Source: Eledone cirrhosa
Taxonomy: Eukaryota
Assembly (NCBI GenBank): GCA_964016885.1
Contig: OZ024757.1
Location: 10,726,001 to 10,790,000 of the forward strand
DNA length: 64,000 nucleotides
Reading direction: 5' to 3'
Numbering within the stretch: position 1 is the stretch's first letter; each line of letters starts with the position of its first letter. This document shows positions 14,560 through 29,500 of the stretch, in pieces. The notes below the pieces were generated by a model, which saw nothing but the letters and a program-made list of their open reading frames with translations, ran no database searches and was not told where the DNA came from. Both the position numbers and the translations under genes were made by a program.

Positions 14560-17500
14560 GGTGGTAGCGGTAGTGGTGGTAGTGTTGATGTTGATGGCGG
14601 TGGTGGTAGTGTTGATGGTGGTGGCGTAGGTGGTAGTGTTGATGGTGTTGGTGGTGGTGGTAGTGTTGATGGTGGTGAAGGTGGTGGTGGTAGTGTTGAT
14701 GGTGGTGGCGGTGGTGGTGGTAGTGTTGATGGTGGTGGTGGTAGTGTTGATGGTGTTGGCGGTGGTGGTAGTGTTGATGGCGGAGGTGGTGGTGGTAGTG
14801 TTGATGGTGGTGGCGGTGGTGGTGGTAGTGTTGATGGTGGTGGCGGTGGTGGTAGAGTTGATGGTGATGGCGGTGGTGGTAGTGTTGATGGTGGTGGCGG
14901 TGGTGGTAGTGTTGATGGTGGTGGCGGTGGTGGTAGTGTTGATGGTGGTGGCGGTGGTGGTGGTAGTGTTGATGGTGGTGGCGGTGGTGGTAGAGTTGAT
15001 GGTGATGGCGGTGGTGGTAGTGTTGATGGTGGAGGTGGTGGTGGTAGTGTTGATGGTGGTGGTGGTGGTGGTGGTAGTGTTGATGGTGGTGGCGGTGGTG
15101 GTAGAGTTGATGGTGATGGCGGTGGTGGTAGTGTTGATGGTGGTGGCGGTGGTGGGAGTGTTGATGGTGGTGGCGGTGGTGGTAGTGTTGAGTGTGGTGG
15201 AGGTGTTGGTGGTAGTGTTGATGGTGGTGGCGGTGGTGGTGGTAGTGTTGATGGTGGTGGCGGTGGTGGTAGTGTTGATGGTGGTGGCGGTGGTGGTAGT
15301 GTTGATGGTGGTGGCGGTGGTGGTAGTGTTGATGGTGGTGGTGGCGGTGGTGGTAGTGTTGATGGTGGTGGCGGTGGTGGTGGTAGTGTTGATGGTGGTG
15401 GCGGTGGTGGTAGAGTTGATGGTGATGGCGGTGGTGGTAGTGTTGATGGTGGTGGCGGTGGTGGTAGTGTTGATGGTGGTGGCGGTGGTGGTAGTGTTGA
15501 GTGTGGTGGAGGTGTTGGTGGTAGTGTTGATGGTGGTGGCGGTGGTGGTGGTAGTGTTGATGGTGGTGGCGGTGGTGGTAGAGTTGATGGTGATGGTGGT
15601 GGTGGTAGTGTTGATGGTGGTGGCGGTGGTGGTAGTGTTGATGGTGGTGGCGGTGGAGGTAGTGTTGATGGTGGTGGCGGTGGTGGTAGAGTTGAGTATG
15701 GTGGAGGTGTTGGTGGTAGTGTTGATGGTGGTGGCGGTGGTGGTGGTAGTGTTGATGGTGGTGGCGGTGGTGGTAGTGTTGATGGTGGTGGCGGTGGTGG
15801 TAGTGTTGATGGTGCTGGAGGTGTTGGTTGTAGTGTTGATGGTGGTGGCGGTGGTGGTGGTAGTGTTGATGGTGGTGGCGGTGGTGGTAGTGTTGATGGT
15901 GGTGGCGTAGGTGGTAGTGTTGATGGTGTTGGTGGTGGTGGTAGTGTTGATGGTGGTGAAGATGGTGGTGGTAGTGTTGATGGTGGTGGCGGTGGTGGTG
16001 GTAGTGTTGATGGTGGTGGTGGTAGTGTTGATGGTGGTGGCGGTGGTGGTAGTGTTGATGGTGGAGGTGTTGGTGGTAGTGTTGATGGTGGTGGCGGTGG
16101 TGGTGGTAGTGTTGATGGTGGTGGCGGTGGTGGTAGTGTTGATGGTGGTGGCGGTGGTGCTAGTGTTGATGGTGGTGGCGGTGGTGGTAGTGTTGATGGT
16201 GGCGGTGGCGGTGGTGGTAGTGTTGATGGTGGTGGCGGTGGTGGTGGTAGTGTTGATGGTGGTGGCGGTGGTGGTAGAGTTGATGGTGATGGCGGTGGTG
16301 GTAGTGTTGATGGTGGAGGTGGTGGTGGTAGTGTTGATGGTGGTGGTGGTGGTGGTGGTAGTGTTGATGGTGGTGGCGGTGGTGGTAGAGTTGATGGTGA
16401 TGGCGGTGGTGGTAGTGTTGATGGTGGTGGCGGTGGTGGGAGTGTTGATGGTGGTGGCGGTGGTGGTAGTGTTGAGTGTGGTGGAGGTGTTGGTGGTAGT
16501 GTTGATGGTGGTGGCGGTGGTGGTGGTAGTGTTGATGGTGGTGGCGGTGGTGGTAGTGTTGATGGTGGTGGCGGTGGTGGTAGTGTTGATGGTGGTGGCG
16601 GTGTTGGTAGTGTTGATGGTGGTGGTGGCGGTGGTGGTAGTGTTGATGGTGGTGGCGATGGTGGTAGTGTTGATGGTGGTGGCGGTGGTGGTAGTGTTGA
16701 GTGTGGTGGAGGTGTTGGTGGTAGTGTTGATGGTGGTGGCGGTGGTGGTGGTAGTGTTGATGGTGGTGGTGGTAGTGTTGATGGTGGTGGCGGTGGTGGT
16801 AGTGTTGATGGCGGTGGCGGTGGTGGTAGTGTTGATGGTGATGGCGGTGATGTTGGTGTTGATGGTGGTGGCGGTGGTGGTGGTAGTATTAATGGTGGTG
16901 GCGGTGGTGGTAGTGTTGATGGTGGTGGAGGTGGTGGTGGTAGTGTTGATGGTGGTGGCGGTGGTGGTGGTAGTGTGGATGGTGGTGGCGGTGGTGGTAG
17001 AGTTGATGGTGATGGCGGTGGTGGTAGTGTTGGGTGGTGGAGGTGGTGGTGGTAGTGTTGATGGTGGTGGCGGTGGTGGTGGTAGTGTTGATGGTGGTGG
17101 CGGTGGTGGTGGTAGTGTTGATGGTGGTGGCGGTGGTGGTAGTGTTGATGGTGGTGGCGGTGGTGGTAGTGTTGATGGTGGTGGTGGCGGTGGTGGTAGT
17201 GTTGATGGTGGTTGCGGTGGTGGTGGTAGTGTTGATGGTGGTGGCGGTGGTGGTAGAGTTGATGGTGATGGCGGTGGTGGTAGTGTTGATGGTGGTGGCG
17301 GTGGAGGTAGTGTTGGTGGTGGTGGCGGTGGTGGTAGTGTTGAGTATGGTGGAGGTGTTGGTGGTAGTGTTGATGGTGGTGGCGGTGGTGGTGGTAGTGT
17401 TGATGGTGGTGGCGGTGGTGGTAGAGTTGATGGTGATGGTGGTGGTGGTAGTGTTGATGGTGGTGGCGGTGGTGGTAGTGTTGATGGTGGTGGCGGTGGT

Positions 17501-20500
17501 GGTAGTGTTGATGGTGGTGGCGGTGGTGGTATTGTTGAGTGTGGTGGAGGTGTTGGTGGTAGTGTTGATGGTGGTGGCGGTGGTGGTGGTAGTGTTGATG
17601 GTGGTGGCGGTGGTGGTAGTGTTGATGGTGGTGGCGGTGGTGGTAGTGTTGATGGTGGTGGCGGTGGTGGTAGTGTTGATGGTGGCGGTGGCGGTGGTGG
17701 TAGTGTTGATGGTGGTGGCGGTGGTGGTGGTAGTGTTGATGGTGGTGGCGGTGGTGGTAGAGTTGATGGTGATGGCGGTGGTGGTAGTGTTGATTGTGGT
17801 GGCGGTGGTGGTAGTGTTGATGGTGGTGGCGGTGGTGGTAGTGTTGAGTGTGGTAGAGGTGTTGGTGGTAGTGTTGATGGTGGTGGCGGTGGTGGTGGTA
17901 GTGTTGATGGTGGTGGCGGTGGTGGTAGAGTTGATGGTGATGGTGGTGGTGGTAGTGTTGATGGTGGTGGCGGTGGTGGTAGTGTTGATGGTGGTGGCGG
18001 TGGTGGTAGTGTTGATGGTGCTGGAGGTGTTGGTGGTAGTGTTGATGGTGGTGGCGGTGGTGGTGGTAGTGTTGATGGTGGTGGCGGTGGTGGTAGTGTT
18101 GATGGTGGTGGCGGTGGTGGTAGTGTTGATGGTGGTGGCGGTGGTGGTAGTGTTGATGGTGGTGGTGGCGGTGGTGGTAGTGTTGATGGTGGTTGCGGTG
18201 GTGGTGGTAGTGTTGATGGTGGTGGCGGTGGCGGTGGTGGTAGAGTTGATGGTGATGGCGGTGGTGGTAGTGTTGATGGTGGTGGCGGTGGAGGTAGTGT
18301 TGATGGTAGTGGCGGTGGTGGTAGTGTTGAGTATGGTGGAGGTGTTGGTGGTAGTGTTGATGGTGGTGGCGGTGGTGGTGGTAGTGTTGATGGTGGTGGC
18401 GGTGGTGGTAGAGTTGATGGTGGTGGCGGTGGTGGTAGTGTTGATCGTGGCGGTGGTGGTGGCAGTGTTGATGGTGGTGGCGGTGGTGATGGTAGTGTTG
18501 ATGGTGGTGGCGGTGGTGGTGATAGTGTTGATGGTGGTGGCGGTGGTGGTACTGTTGATGGTGGTGGCGGTGGTGGTAGTAATGATGATGGTGGCGGTGG
18601 TGGTGGTAGTATTGATGGTGGTGGCGGTGGTGGTAGTGTTGATGGTGGTGGCGGTGGTGCTGGTAGTGTTGATGGTGGTGACTGTGGTGGTGGTAGTGTT
18701 GATGGTGGTGGCGGTGGTGGTAGAGTTCATGGTGGTGGCGGTGGTGGTAGTGTTGATGGTGGTGGTGCTAGTGTTGATGATGGTGGCGGTGGTGGTAGTG
18801 TTGATGGCGGTGGCGGTGGTGGTAGTGTTGATGGTGATGGCGGTGGTGGTAGTGTTGATGGTGGTGGCGGTGGTGGTGGTAGTGTTGATGGTGGTGGCGG
18901 TGGTGGTAGAGTTGATGGTGGTGGCGGTGGTGGTGGTAGTGTTGATGGTGGTGGCGATGGTGGTAGTGTTGATGGTGGTGGCGGTGGTGGTAGTGTTGAT
19001 CGTGGCGGTGGTGGTGGCAGTGTTGATGGTGGTGGCGGTGGTGATGGTAGTGTTGATGGTGGTGGCGGTGGTGGTGGTAGTGTTGATGGTGGTGGCGGTG
19101 GTGGTAGTGTTGATGGTGGTGGCGGTGGTGCTGGTAGTGTTGATGGTGGTGGCGGTGGTGGTAGTGTTGATGGTGGCGGTGGCGGTGGTGGTAGTGTTGA
19201 TGGTGGTGGCGGTGGTGGTGGTAGTATTGATGGTGGTGGCGGTGGTGGTGGTAGTGTTGATGGTGATGGCGGTGGTGGTAGTGTTGATGGTGGTGGCGGT
19301 GGTGGTAGTGTTGATGGTGGTAGCGGTGGTGGTAGTGTTGAGTGTGGTGGAGGTGTTGGTGGTAGTGTTGATGGTGGTGGCGGTGGTGGTGGTAGTGTTG
19401 ATGGTGGTGGCGGTGTTGGTAGTGTTGATGGTGGTGGCGGTGGTGGTAGTGTTGATGGTGGTGGCGGTGGTGGTAGTGTTGATGGTGGCGGTGGCGGTGG
19501 TGGTAGTGTTGATGGTGGTGGCGGTGGTGGTGGTAGTGTTGATGTTGGTGGCGGTGGTGGTAGAGTTGATGGTGGTGGCGGTGGTGGTGGTAGTGTTGAT
19601 GGCGGTGGCGGTGGTGGTAGTGTTGATGGTGATGGCGGTGGTGGTAGTGTTGATGGTGGAGGTGGTGGTGGTAGTGTTGATGGTGGTGGTGGTGGTGGTG
19701 GTAGTGTTGATGGTGGTGGCGGTGGTGGTAGAGTTGATGGTGATGGCGGTGGTGGTAGTGTTGATGGTGGTGGCGGTGGTGGGAGTGTTGATGGTGGTGG
19801 CGGTGGTGGTAGTGTTGAGTGTGGTGGAGGTGTTGGTGGTAGTGTTGATGGTGGTGGCGGTGGTGGTGGTAGTGTTGATGGTGGTGGCGGTGGAGGTAGT
19901 GTTGATGGTGGTGGCGGTGGTGGTAGTGTTGATGGTGGTGGCGGTGGTGGTAGTGTTGATGGTGGTGGTGGCGGTGGTGGTAGTGTTGATGGTGGTGGCG
20001 GTGGTGGTGGTAGTGTTGATGGTGGTGGCGGTGGTGGTAGAGTTGATGGTGATGGCGGTGGTGGTAGTGTTGATGGCGGTGGCGGTGGTGGTAGTGTTGA
20101 TGGTGGTGGCGGTGGTGGTGGTAGTGTTGATGGTGGTGGCGGTGGTGGTAGAGTTGATGGTGGTGGCGGTGGTGGTGGTAGTGTTGATGGTGGTGGCGAT
20201 GGTGGTAGTGTTGATGGTGATGGCGGTGGTGGTAGTGTTGATGGTGGTGGCGGTGGTGGTGGTAGTGTTGATGGTGGTGGCGGTGGTGGTAGAGTTGATG
20301 GTGGTGGCGGTGGTGGTGGTAGTGTTGATGGTGGTGGCGATGGTGGTAGTGTTGATGGTGGTGGCGGTGGTGGTAGTGTTGATCGTGGCGGTGGTGGTGG
20401 CAGTGTTGATGGTGGTGGCGGTGGTGATGGTAGTGTTGATGGTGGTGGCGGTGGTGGTGGTAGTGTTGATGGTGGTGGCGGTGATGGTAGTGTTGATGGT

Positions 20501-23500
20501 GATGGTGGTGGTGGTGGTAGTGTTGATGGTGGTGGCGGTGGTGCTGGTAGTGTTGATGGTGGTGACTGTGGTGGTGGTAGTGTTGATGGTGGTCGCGATG
20601 GTGGTAGTGTTGATGGTGGTGGCGGTGGTGGTAGAGTTGATGGTGGTGGCGGTGGTGGTGGTAGTGTTGATGGTGGTGGCGATGGTGGTAGTGTTGATGG
20701 TGGTGGCGGTGGTGGTAGTGTTGATCGTGGCGGTGGTGGTGGCAGTGTTGATGGTGGTGGCGGTGGTGATGGTAGTGTTGATGGTGGTGGCGGTGGTGGT
20801 GGTAGTGTTGATGGTGGTGGCGGTGATGGTAGTGTTGATGGTGGTGGCGGTGGTGGTGGTAGTGTTGATGGTGGTGGCGGTGGTGCTGGTAGTGTTGATG
20901 GTGGTGACTGTGGTGGTGGTAGTGTTGATGGTGGTCGCGATGGTGGTAGTGTTGATGGTGGTGGCGGTGGTGGTAGTGTTGATCGTGGTGGTGGTGGTGG
21001 CAGTGTTGATGGTGGTGGCGGTGGTGATGGTAGTGTTGATGGTGGTGGCGGTGGTGGTGGTAGTGTTGATGGTGGTGGCGGTGATGGTAGTGTTGATGGT
21101 GATGGTGGTGGTGGTAGTGTTGATGGTGGTGGCGGTGGTGGTAGTGTTGATGGTGGCGGTGGCGGTGGTGGTAGTGTTGATGGTGGTGGCGGTGGTGGTG
21201 GTAGTATTGATGGTGGTGGCGGTGGTGGTGGTAGTGTTGATGGTGATGGCGGTGGTGGTAGTGTTGATGGTGGTGGCGGTGGTGGTAGTGTTGATGGTGG
21301 TAGCGGTGGTGGTAGTGTTGAGTGTGGTGGAGGTGTTGGTGGTAGTGTTGATGGTGGTGGCGGTGGTGGTGGTAGTGTTGATGGTGGTGGCGGTGTTGGT
21401 AGTGTTGATGGTGGTGGCGGTGGTGGTAGTGTTGATGGTGGTGGCGGTGGTGGTAGTGTTGATGGTGGCGGTGGCGGTGGTGGTAGTGTTGATGGTGGTG
21501 GCGGTGGTGGTGGTAGTGTTGATGTTGGTGGCGGTGGTGGTAGAGTTGATGGTGGTGGCGGTGGTGGTGGTAGTGTTGATGGCGGTGGCGGTGGTGGTAG
21601 TGTTGATGGTGATGGCGGTGGTGGTAGTGTTGATGGTGGAGGTGGTGGTGGTAGTGTTGATGGTGGTGGTGGTGGTGGTGGTAGTGTTGATGGTGGTGGC
21701 GGTGGTGGTAGAGTTGATGGTGATGGCGGTGGTGGTAGTGTTGATGGTGGTGGCGGTGGTGGGAGTGTTGATGGTGGTGGCGGTGGTGGTAGTGTTGAGT
21801 GTGGTGGAGGTGTTGGTGGTAGTGTTGATGGTGGTGGCGGTGGTGGTGGTAGTGTTGATGGTGGTGGCGGTGGAGGTAGTGTTGATGGTGGTGGCGGTGG
21901 TGGTAGTGTTGATGGTGGTGGCGGTGGTGGTAGTGTTGATGGTGGTGGTGGCGGTGGTGGTAGTGTTGATGGTGGTGGCGGTGGTGGTGGTAGTGTTGAT
22001 GGTGGTGGCGGTGGTGGTGGTAGTGTTGATGGTGGTGGCGGTGGTGGTAGAGTTGATGGTGATGGCGGTGGTGGTAGTGTTGATGGTGGTGGCGGTGGTG
22101 GTAGTGTTGATGGTGGTGGCGGTGGTGGTAGTGTTGAGTGTGGTGGAGGTGTTGGTGGTAGTGTTGATGGTGGTGGCGGTGGTGGTGGTAGTGTTGATGG
22201 TGGTGGCGGTGGTGGTAGAGTTGATGCTGATGGTGGTGGTGGTAGTGGTGATGGTGGTGGCGGTGGTGGTAGTGTTGATGGTGGTGGCGGTGGTGGTAGT
22301 GTTGATGGTGCTGGAGGTGTTGGTGATAGTGTTGATGGTGGTGGCGGTGGTGGTGGTAGTGTTGATGGTGCTGGCGGTGGTGGTAGTGTTGATGGTGGTG
22401 GAGGTGGTGGTAGTGTTGATCGTGGTGGTGGTGGTGGCAGTGTTGATGGTGGTGGCGGTGGTGGTGGTAGTGTTGATGGTGGTGGCGGTGGTGGTATTGT
22501 TGATGGTGGTGGCGGTGGTGGTAGTGTTGATGGTGGTGGCGGTGGTGGTAGTGTTGATGGTGGTGGCGGTGGTGGTGGTAGTGTTGATGGTGGTGGCGGT
22601 GGTGGTAGAGTTGATGGTGATGGCGGTGGTGGTAGTGTTGATTGTGGTGGCGGTGGTGGTAGTGTTGATGGTGGTGGCGGTGGTGGTAGTGTTGAGTGTG
22701 GTGGAGGTGTTGGTGGTAGTGTTGATGGTGGTGGCGATGGTGGTGGTAGTGTTGATGGTGGTGGCGGTGGTGGTAGAGTTGATGGTGATGGCGGTGGTGG
22801 TAGTGTTGATGGTGGAGGTGGTGGTGGTACTGTTGATGGTGGTGGAGGTGGTGGTGGTAGTGTTGATGGTGGTGGCGGTGGTGGTAGTGTTGAGTGTGGT
22901 GGAGGTGGTGGTGGTAGTGTTGATGGTGGTGGCGGTGGTGGTGGTAGTGTTGATGGTGGTGGCGGTGGTGGTAGTGTTGATGGTGGTGGCGGTGGTGGTA
23001 GTGTTGATGGTGGTGGCGGTGGTGGTAGTGTTGATGGTGGTGGTGGCGGTGGTGGTAGTGTTGATGGTGGTTGCGGTGGTGGTGGTAGTGTTGATGGTGG
23101 TGGCGGAGGTGGTAGAGTTGATGGTGATGGCGGTGGTGGTAGTGTTGATGGTGGTGGCGGTGGAGGTAGTGTTGATGGTGGTGGCGGTGGTGGTAGAGTT
23201 GAGTATGGTGGAGGTGTTGGTGGTAGTGTTGATGGTGGTGGCGGTGGTGGTGGTAGTGTTGATGGTGGTGGCGGTGGTGGTAGAGTTGATGGTGATGGTG
23301 GTGGTGGTAGTGTTGATGGTGGTGGCGGTGGTGGTAGTGTTGATGGTGGTGGCGGTGGTGGTAGTGTTGATGGTGCTGGAGGTGTTGGTTGTAGTGTTGA
23401 TGGTGGTGGCGGTGGTGGTGGTAGTGTTGATGGTGGTAGCGGTAGTGGTGGTAGTGTTGATGTTGATGGCGGTGGTGGTAGTGTTGATGGTGGTGGCGTA

Positions 23501-26500
23501 GGTGGTAGTGTTGATGGTGTTGGTGGTGGTGGTAGTGTTGATGGTGGTGAAGGTGGTGGTGGTAGTGTTGATGGTGGTGGCGGTGGTGGTGGTAGTGTTG
23601 ATGGTGGTGGTGGTAGTGTTGATGGTGGTGGCGGTGGTGGTAGTGTTGATGGCGGAGGTGGTGGTGGTAGTGTTGATGGTGGTGGCGGTGGTGGTGGTAG
23701 TGTTGATGGTGGTGGCGGTGGTGGTAGAGTTGATGGTGATGGCGGTGGTGGTAGTGTTGATGGTGGTGGCGGTGGTGGTAGTGTTGATGGTGGTGGCGGT
23801 GGTGGTAGTGTTGATGGTGGTGGCGGTGGTGGTGGTAGTGTTGATGGTGGTGGCGGTGGTGGTAGAGTTGATGGTGATGGCGGTGGTGGTAGTGTTGATG
23901 GTGGAGGTGGTGGTGGTAGTGTTGATGGTGGTGGTGGTGGTGGTGGTAGTGTTGATGGTGGTGGCGGTGGTGGTAGAGTTGATGGTGATGGCGGTGGTGG
24001 TAGTGTTGATGGTGGTGGCGGTGGTGGGAGTGTTGATGGTGGTGGCGGTGGTGGTAGTGTTGAGTGTGGTGGAGGTGTTGGTGGTAGTGTTGATGGTGGT
24101 GGCGGTGGTGGTGGTAGTGTTGATGGTGGTGGCGGTGGTGGTAGTGTTGATGGTGGTGGCGGTGGTGGTAGTGTTGATGGTGGTGGCGGTGGTGGTAGTG
24201 TTGATGGTGGTGGTGGCGGTGGTGGTAGTGTTGATGGTGGTGGCGGTGGTGGTGGTAGTGTTGATGGTGGTGGCGGTGGTGGTAGAGTTGATGGTGATGG
24301 CGGTGGTGGTAGTGTTGATGGTGGTGGCGGTGGTGGTAGTGTTGATGGTGGTGGCGGTGGTGGTAGTGTTGAGTGTGGTGGACGTGTTGGTGGTAGTGTT
24401 GATGGTGGTGGCGGTGGTGGTGGTAGTGTTGATGGTGGTGGCGGTGGTGGTAGAGTTGATGGTGATGGTGGTGGTGGTAGTGTTGATGGTGGTGGCGGTG
24501 GTGGTAGTGTTGATGGTGGTGGCGGTGGAGGTAGTGTTGATGGTGGTGGCGGTGGTGGTAGAGTTGAGTATGGTGGAGGTGTTGGTGGTAGTGTTGATGG
24601 TGGTGGCGGTGGTGGTGGTAGTGTTGATGGTGGTGGCGGTGGTGGTAGAGTTGATGGTGATGGTGGTGGTGGTAGTGTTGATGGTGGTGGCGGTGGTGGT
24701 AGTGTTGATGGTGGTGGCGGTGGTGGTAGTGTTGATGGTGCTGGAGGTGTTGGTTGTAGTGTTGATGGTGGTGGCGGTGGTGGTGGTAGTGTTGATGGTG
24801 GTGGCGGTGGTGGTAGTGTTGATGGTGGTGGCGTAGGTGGTAGTGTTGATGGTGTTGGTGGTGGTGGTAGTGTTGATGGTGGTGAAGGTGGTGGTGGTAG
24901 TGTTGATGGTGGTGGCGGTGGTGGTGGTAGTGTTGATGGTGGTGGTGGTAGTGTTGATGGTGGTGGCGGTGGTGGTAGTGTTGATGGTGGAGGTGTTGGT
25001 GGTAGTGTTGATGGTGGTGGCGGTGGTGGTGGTAGTGTTGATGGTGGTGGCGGTGGTGGTAGTGTTGATGGTGGTGGCGGTGGTGGTAGTGTTGATGGTG
25101 GTGGCGGTGGTGGTAGTGTTGATGGTGGCGGTGGCGGTGGTGGTAGTGTTGATGGTGGTGGCGGTGGTGGTGGTAGTGTTGATGGTGGTGGCGGTGGTGG
25201 TAGAGTTGATGGTGATGGCGGTGGTGGTAGTGTTGATGGTGGAGGTGGTGGTGGTAGTGTTGATGGTGGTGGTGGTGGTGGTGGTAGTGTTGATGGTGGT
25301 GGCGGTGGTGGTAGAGTTGATGGTGATGGCGGTGGTGGTAGTGTTGATGGTGGTGGCGGTGGTGGGAGTGTTGATGGTGGTGGCGGTGGTGGTAGTGTTG
25401 AGTGTGGTGGAGGTGTTGGTGGTAGTGTTGATGGTGGTGGCGGTGGTGGTGGTAGTGTTGATGGTGGTGGCGGTGGTGGTAGTGTTGATGGTGGTGGCGG
25501 TGGTGGTAGTGTTGATGGTGGTGGTGGCGGTGGTGGTAGTGTTGATGGTGGTGGCGGTGGTGGTAGTGTTGATGGTGGTGGCGGTGGTGGTAGTGTTGAG
25601 TGTGGTGGAGGTGTTGGTGGTAGTGTTGATGGTGGTGGCGGTGGTGGTGGTAGTGTTGATGGTGGTGGTGGTAGTGTTGATGGTGGTGGCGGTGGTGGTA
25701 GTGTTGATGGCGGTGGCGGTGGTGGTAGTGTTGATGGTGATGGCGGTGATGTTGGTGTTGATGGTGGTGGCGGTGGTGGTGGTAGTATTAATGGTGGTGG
25801 CGGTGGTGGTAGTGTTGATGGTGGTGGAGGTGGTGGTGGTAGTGTTGATGGTGGTGGCGGTGGTGGTGGTAGTGTTGATGGTGGTGGCGGTGGTGGTAGA
25901 GTTGATGGTGATGGCGGTGGTGGTAGTGTTGGGTGGTGGAGGTGGTGGTGGTAGTGTTGATGGTGGTGGCGGTGGTGGTGGTAGTGTTGATGGTGGTGGC
26001 GGTGGTGGTGGTAGTGTTGATGGTGGTGGCGGTGGTGGTAGTGTTGATGGTGGTGGCGGTGGTGGTAGTGTTGATGGTGGTGGTGGCGGTGGTGGTAGTG
26101 TTGATGGTGGTTGCGGTGGTGGTGGTAGTGTTGATGGTGGTGGCGGTGGTGGTAGAGTTGATGGTGATGGCGGTGGTGGTAGTGTTGATGGTGGTGGCGG
26201 TGGAGGTAGTGTTGGTGGTGGTGGCGGTGGTGGTAGTGTTGAGTATGGTGGAGGTGTTGGTGGTAGTGTTGATGGTGGTGGCGGTGGTGGTGGTAGTGTT
26301 GATGGTGGTGGCGGTGGTGGTAGAGTTGATAGTGGTGGCGGTGGAGGTAGTGTTGATGGTAGTGGCGGTGGTGGTAGTGTTGAGTATGGTGGAGGTGTTG
26401 GTGGTAGTGTTGATGGTGGTGGCGGTGGTGGTGGTAGTGTTGATGGTGGTGGCGGTGGTGGTAGAGTTGATGGTGATGGTGGTGGTGGTAGTGTTGATGG

Positions 26501-29500
26501 TGGTGGCGGTGGTGGTAGTGTTGATGGTGGTGGCGGTGGTGGTAGTGTTGATGGTGCTGGAGGTGTTGGTGGTAGTGTTGATGGTGGTGGCAGTGGTGGT
26601 GGTAGTGTTGATGGTGGTGGCGATGGTGGTAGGGTTGATGGTGGTGGCGGTGGTGGTAGTGTTGATCGTGGCGGTGGTGGTGGCAGTGTTGATGGTGGTG
26701 GCGGTGGTGATGGTAGTGTTGATGGTGGTGGCGGTGGTGGTGATAGTGTTGATGGTGGTGGCGGTGGTGGTACTGTTGATGGTGGTGGCGGTGGTGGTAG
26801 TAATGATGATGGTGGCGGTGGTGGTGGTAGTATTGATGGTGGTGGCGGTGGTGGTAGTGTTGATGGTGGTGGCGGTGGTGCTGGTAGTGTTGATGGTGGT
26901 GACTGTGGTGGTGGTAGTGTTGATGGTGGTGGCGGTGGTGGTAGTGTTGAAGGTGGTGGCGGTGGTGGTAGTATTGATGATGGTGGCGGTGGTGGTGGTA
27001 GTATTGATGTTGGTGGCGGTGGTGGTAGTGTTGATGGTGGTGGCGGTGGTGCTGGTAGTGTTGATGGTGGTGACTGTGGTGGTGGTAGTGTTGATGGTGG
27101 TGGCGGTGGTGGTAGAGTTCATGGTGGTGGCGGTGGTGGTAGTGTTGATGGTGGTGGTGCTAGTGTTGATGATGGTGGCGGTGGTGGTAGTGTTGATGGC
27201 GGTGGCGGTGGTGGTAGTGTTGATGGTGATGGCGGTGGTGGTAGTGTTGATGGTGGTGGCGGTGGTGGTGGTAGTGTTGATGGTGGTGGCGGTGGTGGTA
27301 GAGTTGATGGTGGTGGCGGTGGTGGTGGTAGTGTTGATGGTGGTGGCGATGGTGGTAGTGTTGATCGTGGCGGTGGTGGTGGCAGTGTTGATGGTGGTGG
27401 CGGTGGTGATGGTAGTGTTGATGGTGGTGGCGGTGGTGGTGGTAGTGTTGATGGTGGTGGCGGTGGTGGTAGTGTTGATGGTGGTGGCGGTGGTGCTGGT
27501 AGTGTTGATGGTGGTGACTGTGGTGGTGGTAGTGTTGATGGTGGTCGCGATGGTGGTAGTGTTGATGGTGGTGGCGGTGGTGGTAGTGTTGATGGTGATG
27601 GCGGTGGTGGTAGTGTTGATGGTGGTGGCGGTGGTGGTGGTAGTGTTGATGGTGGTGGCGGTGGTGGTAGAGTTGATGGTGGTGGCGGTGGTGGTGGTAG
27701 TGTTGATGGTGGTGGCGGTGGTGGTAGTGTTGATCGTGGCGGTGGTGGTGGCAGTGTTGATGGTGGTGGCGGTGGTGATGGTAGTGTTGATGGTGGTGGC
27801 GGTGGTGGTGGTAGTGTTGATGGTGGTGGCGGTGGTGGTAGTGTTGATGGTGGTGGCGGTGGTGCTGGTAGTGTTGATGGTGGTGACTGTGGTGGTGGTA
27901 GTGTTGATGGTGGTCGCGATGGTGGTAGTGTTGATGGTGGTGGCGGTGGTGGTAGTGTTGATCGTGGTGGTGGTGGTGGCAGTGTTGATGGTGGTGGCGG
28001 TGGTGATGGTAGTGTTGATGGTGGTGGCGGTGGTGGTGGTAGTGTTGATGGTGGTGGCGGTGATGGTAGTGTTGATGGTGATGGTGGTGGTGGTAGTGTT
28101 GATGGTGGTGGCGGTGGTGGTAGTGTTGATGGTGGCGGTGGCGGTGGTGGTAGTGTTGATGGTGGTGGCGGTGGTGGTGGTAGTATTGATGGTGGTGGCG
28201 GTAGTGGTGGTAGTGTTGATGGTGATGGCGGTGGTGGTAGTGTTGATGGTGGTGGCGGTGGTGGTAGTGTTGATGGTGGTAGCGGTGGTGGTAGTGTTGA
28301 GTGTGGTGGAGGTGTTGGTGGTAGTGTTGATGGTGGTGGCGGTGGTGGTGGTAGTGTTGATGGTGGTGGCGGTGTTGGTAGTGTTGATGGTGGTGGCGGT
28401 GGTGGTAGTGTTGATGGTGGTGGCGGTGGTGGTAGTGTTGATGGTGCTGGAGGTGTTGGTTGTAGTGTTGATGGTGGTGGCGGTGGTGGTGGTAGTGTTG
28501 ATGGTGGTAGCGGTAGTGGTGGTAGTGTTGATGTTGATGGCGGTGGTGGTAGTGTTGATGGTGGTGGCGTAGGTGGTAGTGTTGATGGTGTTGGTGGTGG
28601 TGGTAGTGTTGATGGTGGTGAAGGTGGTGGTGGTAGTGTTGATGGTGGTGGCGGTGGTGGTGGTAGTGTTGATGGTGGTGGTGGTAGTGTTGATGGTGGT
28701 GGCGGTGGTGGTAGTGTTGATGGCGGAGGTGGTGGTGGTAGTGTTGATGGTGGTGGCGGTGGTGGTGGTAGTGTTGATGGTGGTGGCGGTGGTGGTAGAG
28801 TTGATGGTGATGGCGGTGGTGGTAGTGTTGATGGTGGTGGCGGTGGTGGTAGTGTTGATGGTGGTGGCGGTGGTGGTAGTGTTGATGGTGGTGGCGGTGG
28901 TGGTGGTAGTGTTGATGGTGGTGGCGGTGGTGGTAGAGTTGATGGTGATGGCGGTGGTGGTAGTGTTGATGGTGGAGGTGGTGGTGGTAGTGTTGATGGT
29001 GGTGGTGGTGGTGGTGGTAGTGTTGATGGTGGTGGCGGTGGTGGTAGAGTTGATGGTGATGGCGGTGGTGGTAGTGTTGATGGTGGTGGCGGTGGTGGGA
29101 GTGTTGATGGTGGTGGCGGTGGTGGTAGTGTTGAGTGTGGTGGAGGTGTTGGTGGTAGTGTTGATGGTGGTGGCGGTGGTGGTGGTAGTGTTGATGGTGG
29201 TGGCGGTGGTGGTAGTGTTGATGGTGGTGGCGGTGGTGGTAGTGTTGATGGTGGTGGCGGTGGTGGTAGTGTTGATGGTGGTGGTGGCGGTGGTGGTAGT
29301 GTTGATGGTGGTGGCGGTGGTGGTGGTAGTGTTGATGGTGGTGGCGGTGGTGGTAGAGTTGATGGTGATGGCGGTGGTGGTAGTGTTGATGGTGGTGGCG
29401 GTGGTGGTAGTGTTGATGGTGGTGGCGGTGGTGGTAGTGTTGAGTGTGGTGGACGTGTTGGTGGTAGTGTTGATGGTGGTGGCGGTGGTGGTGGTAGTGT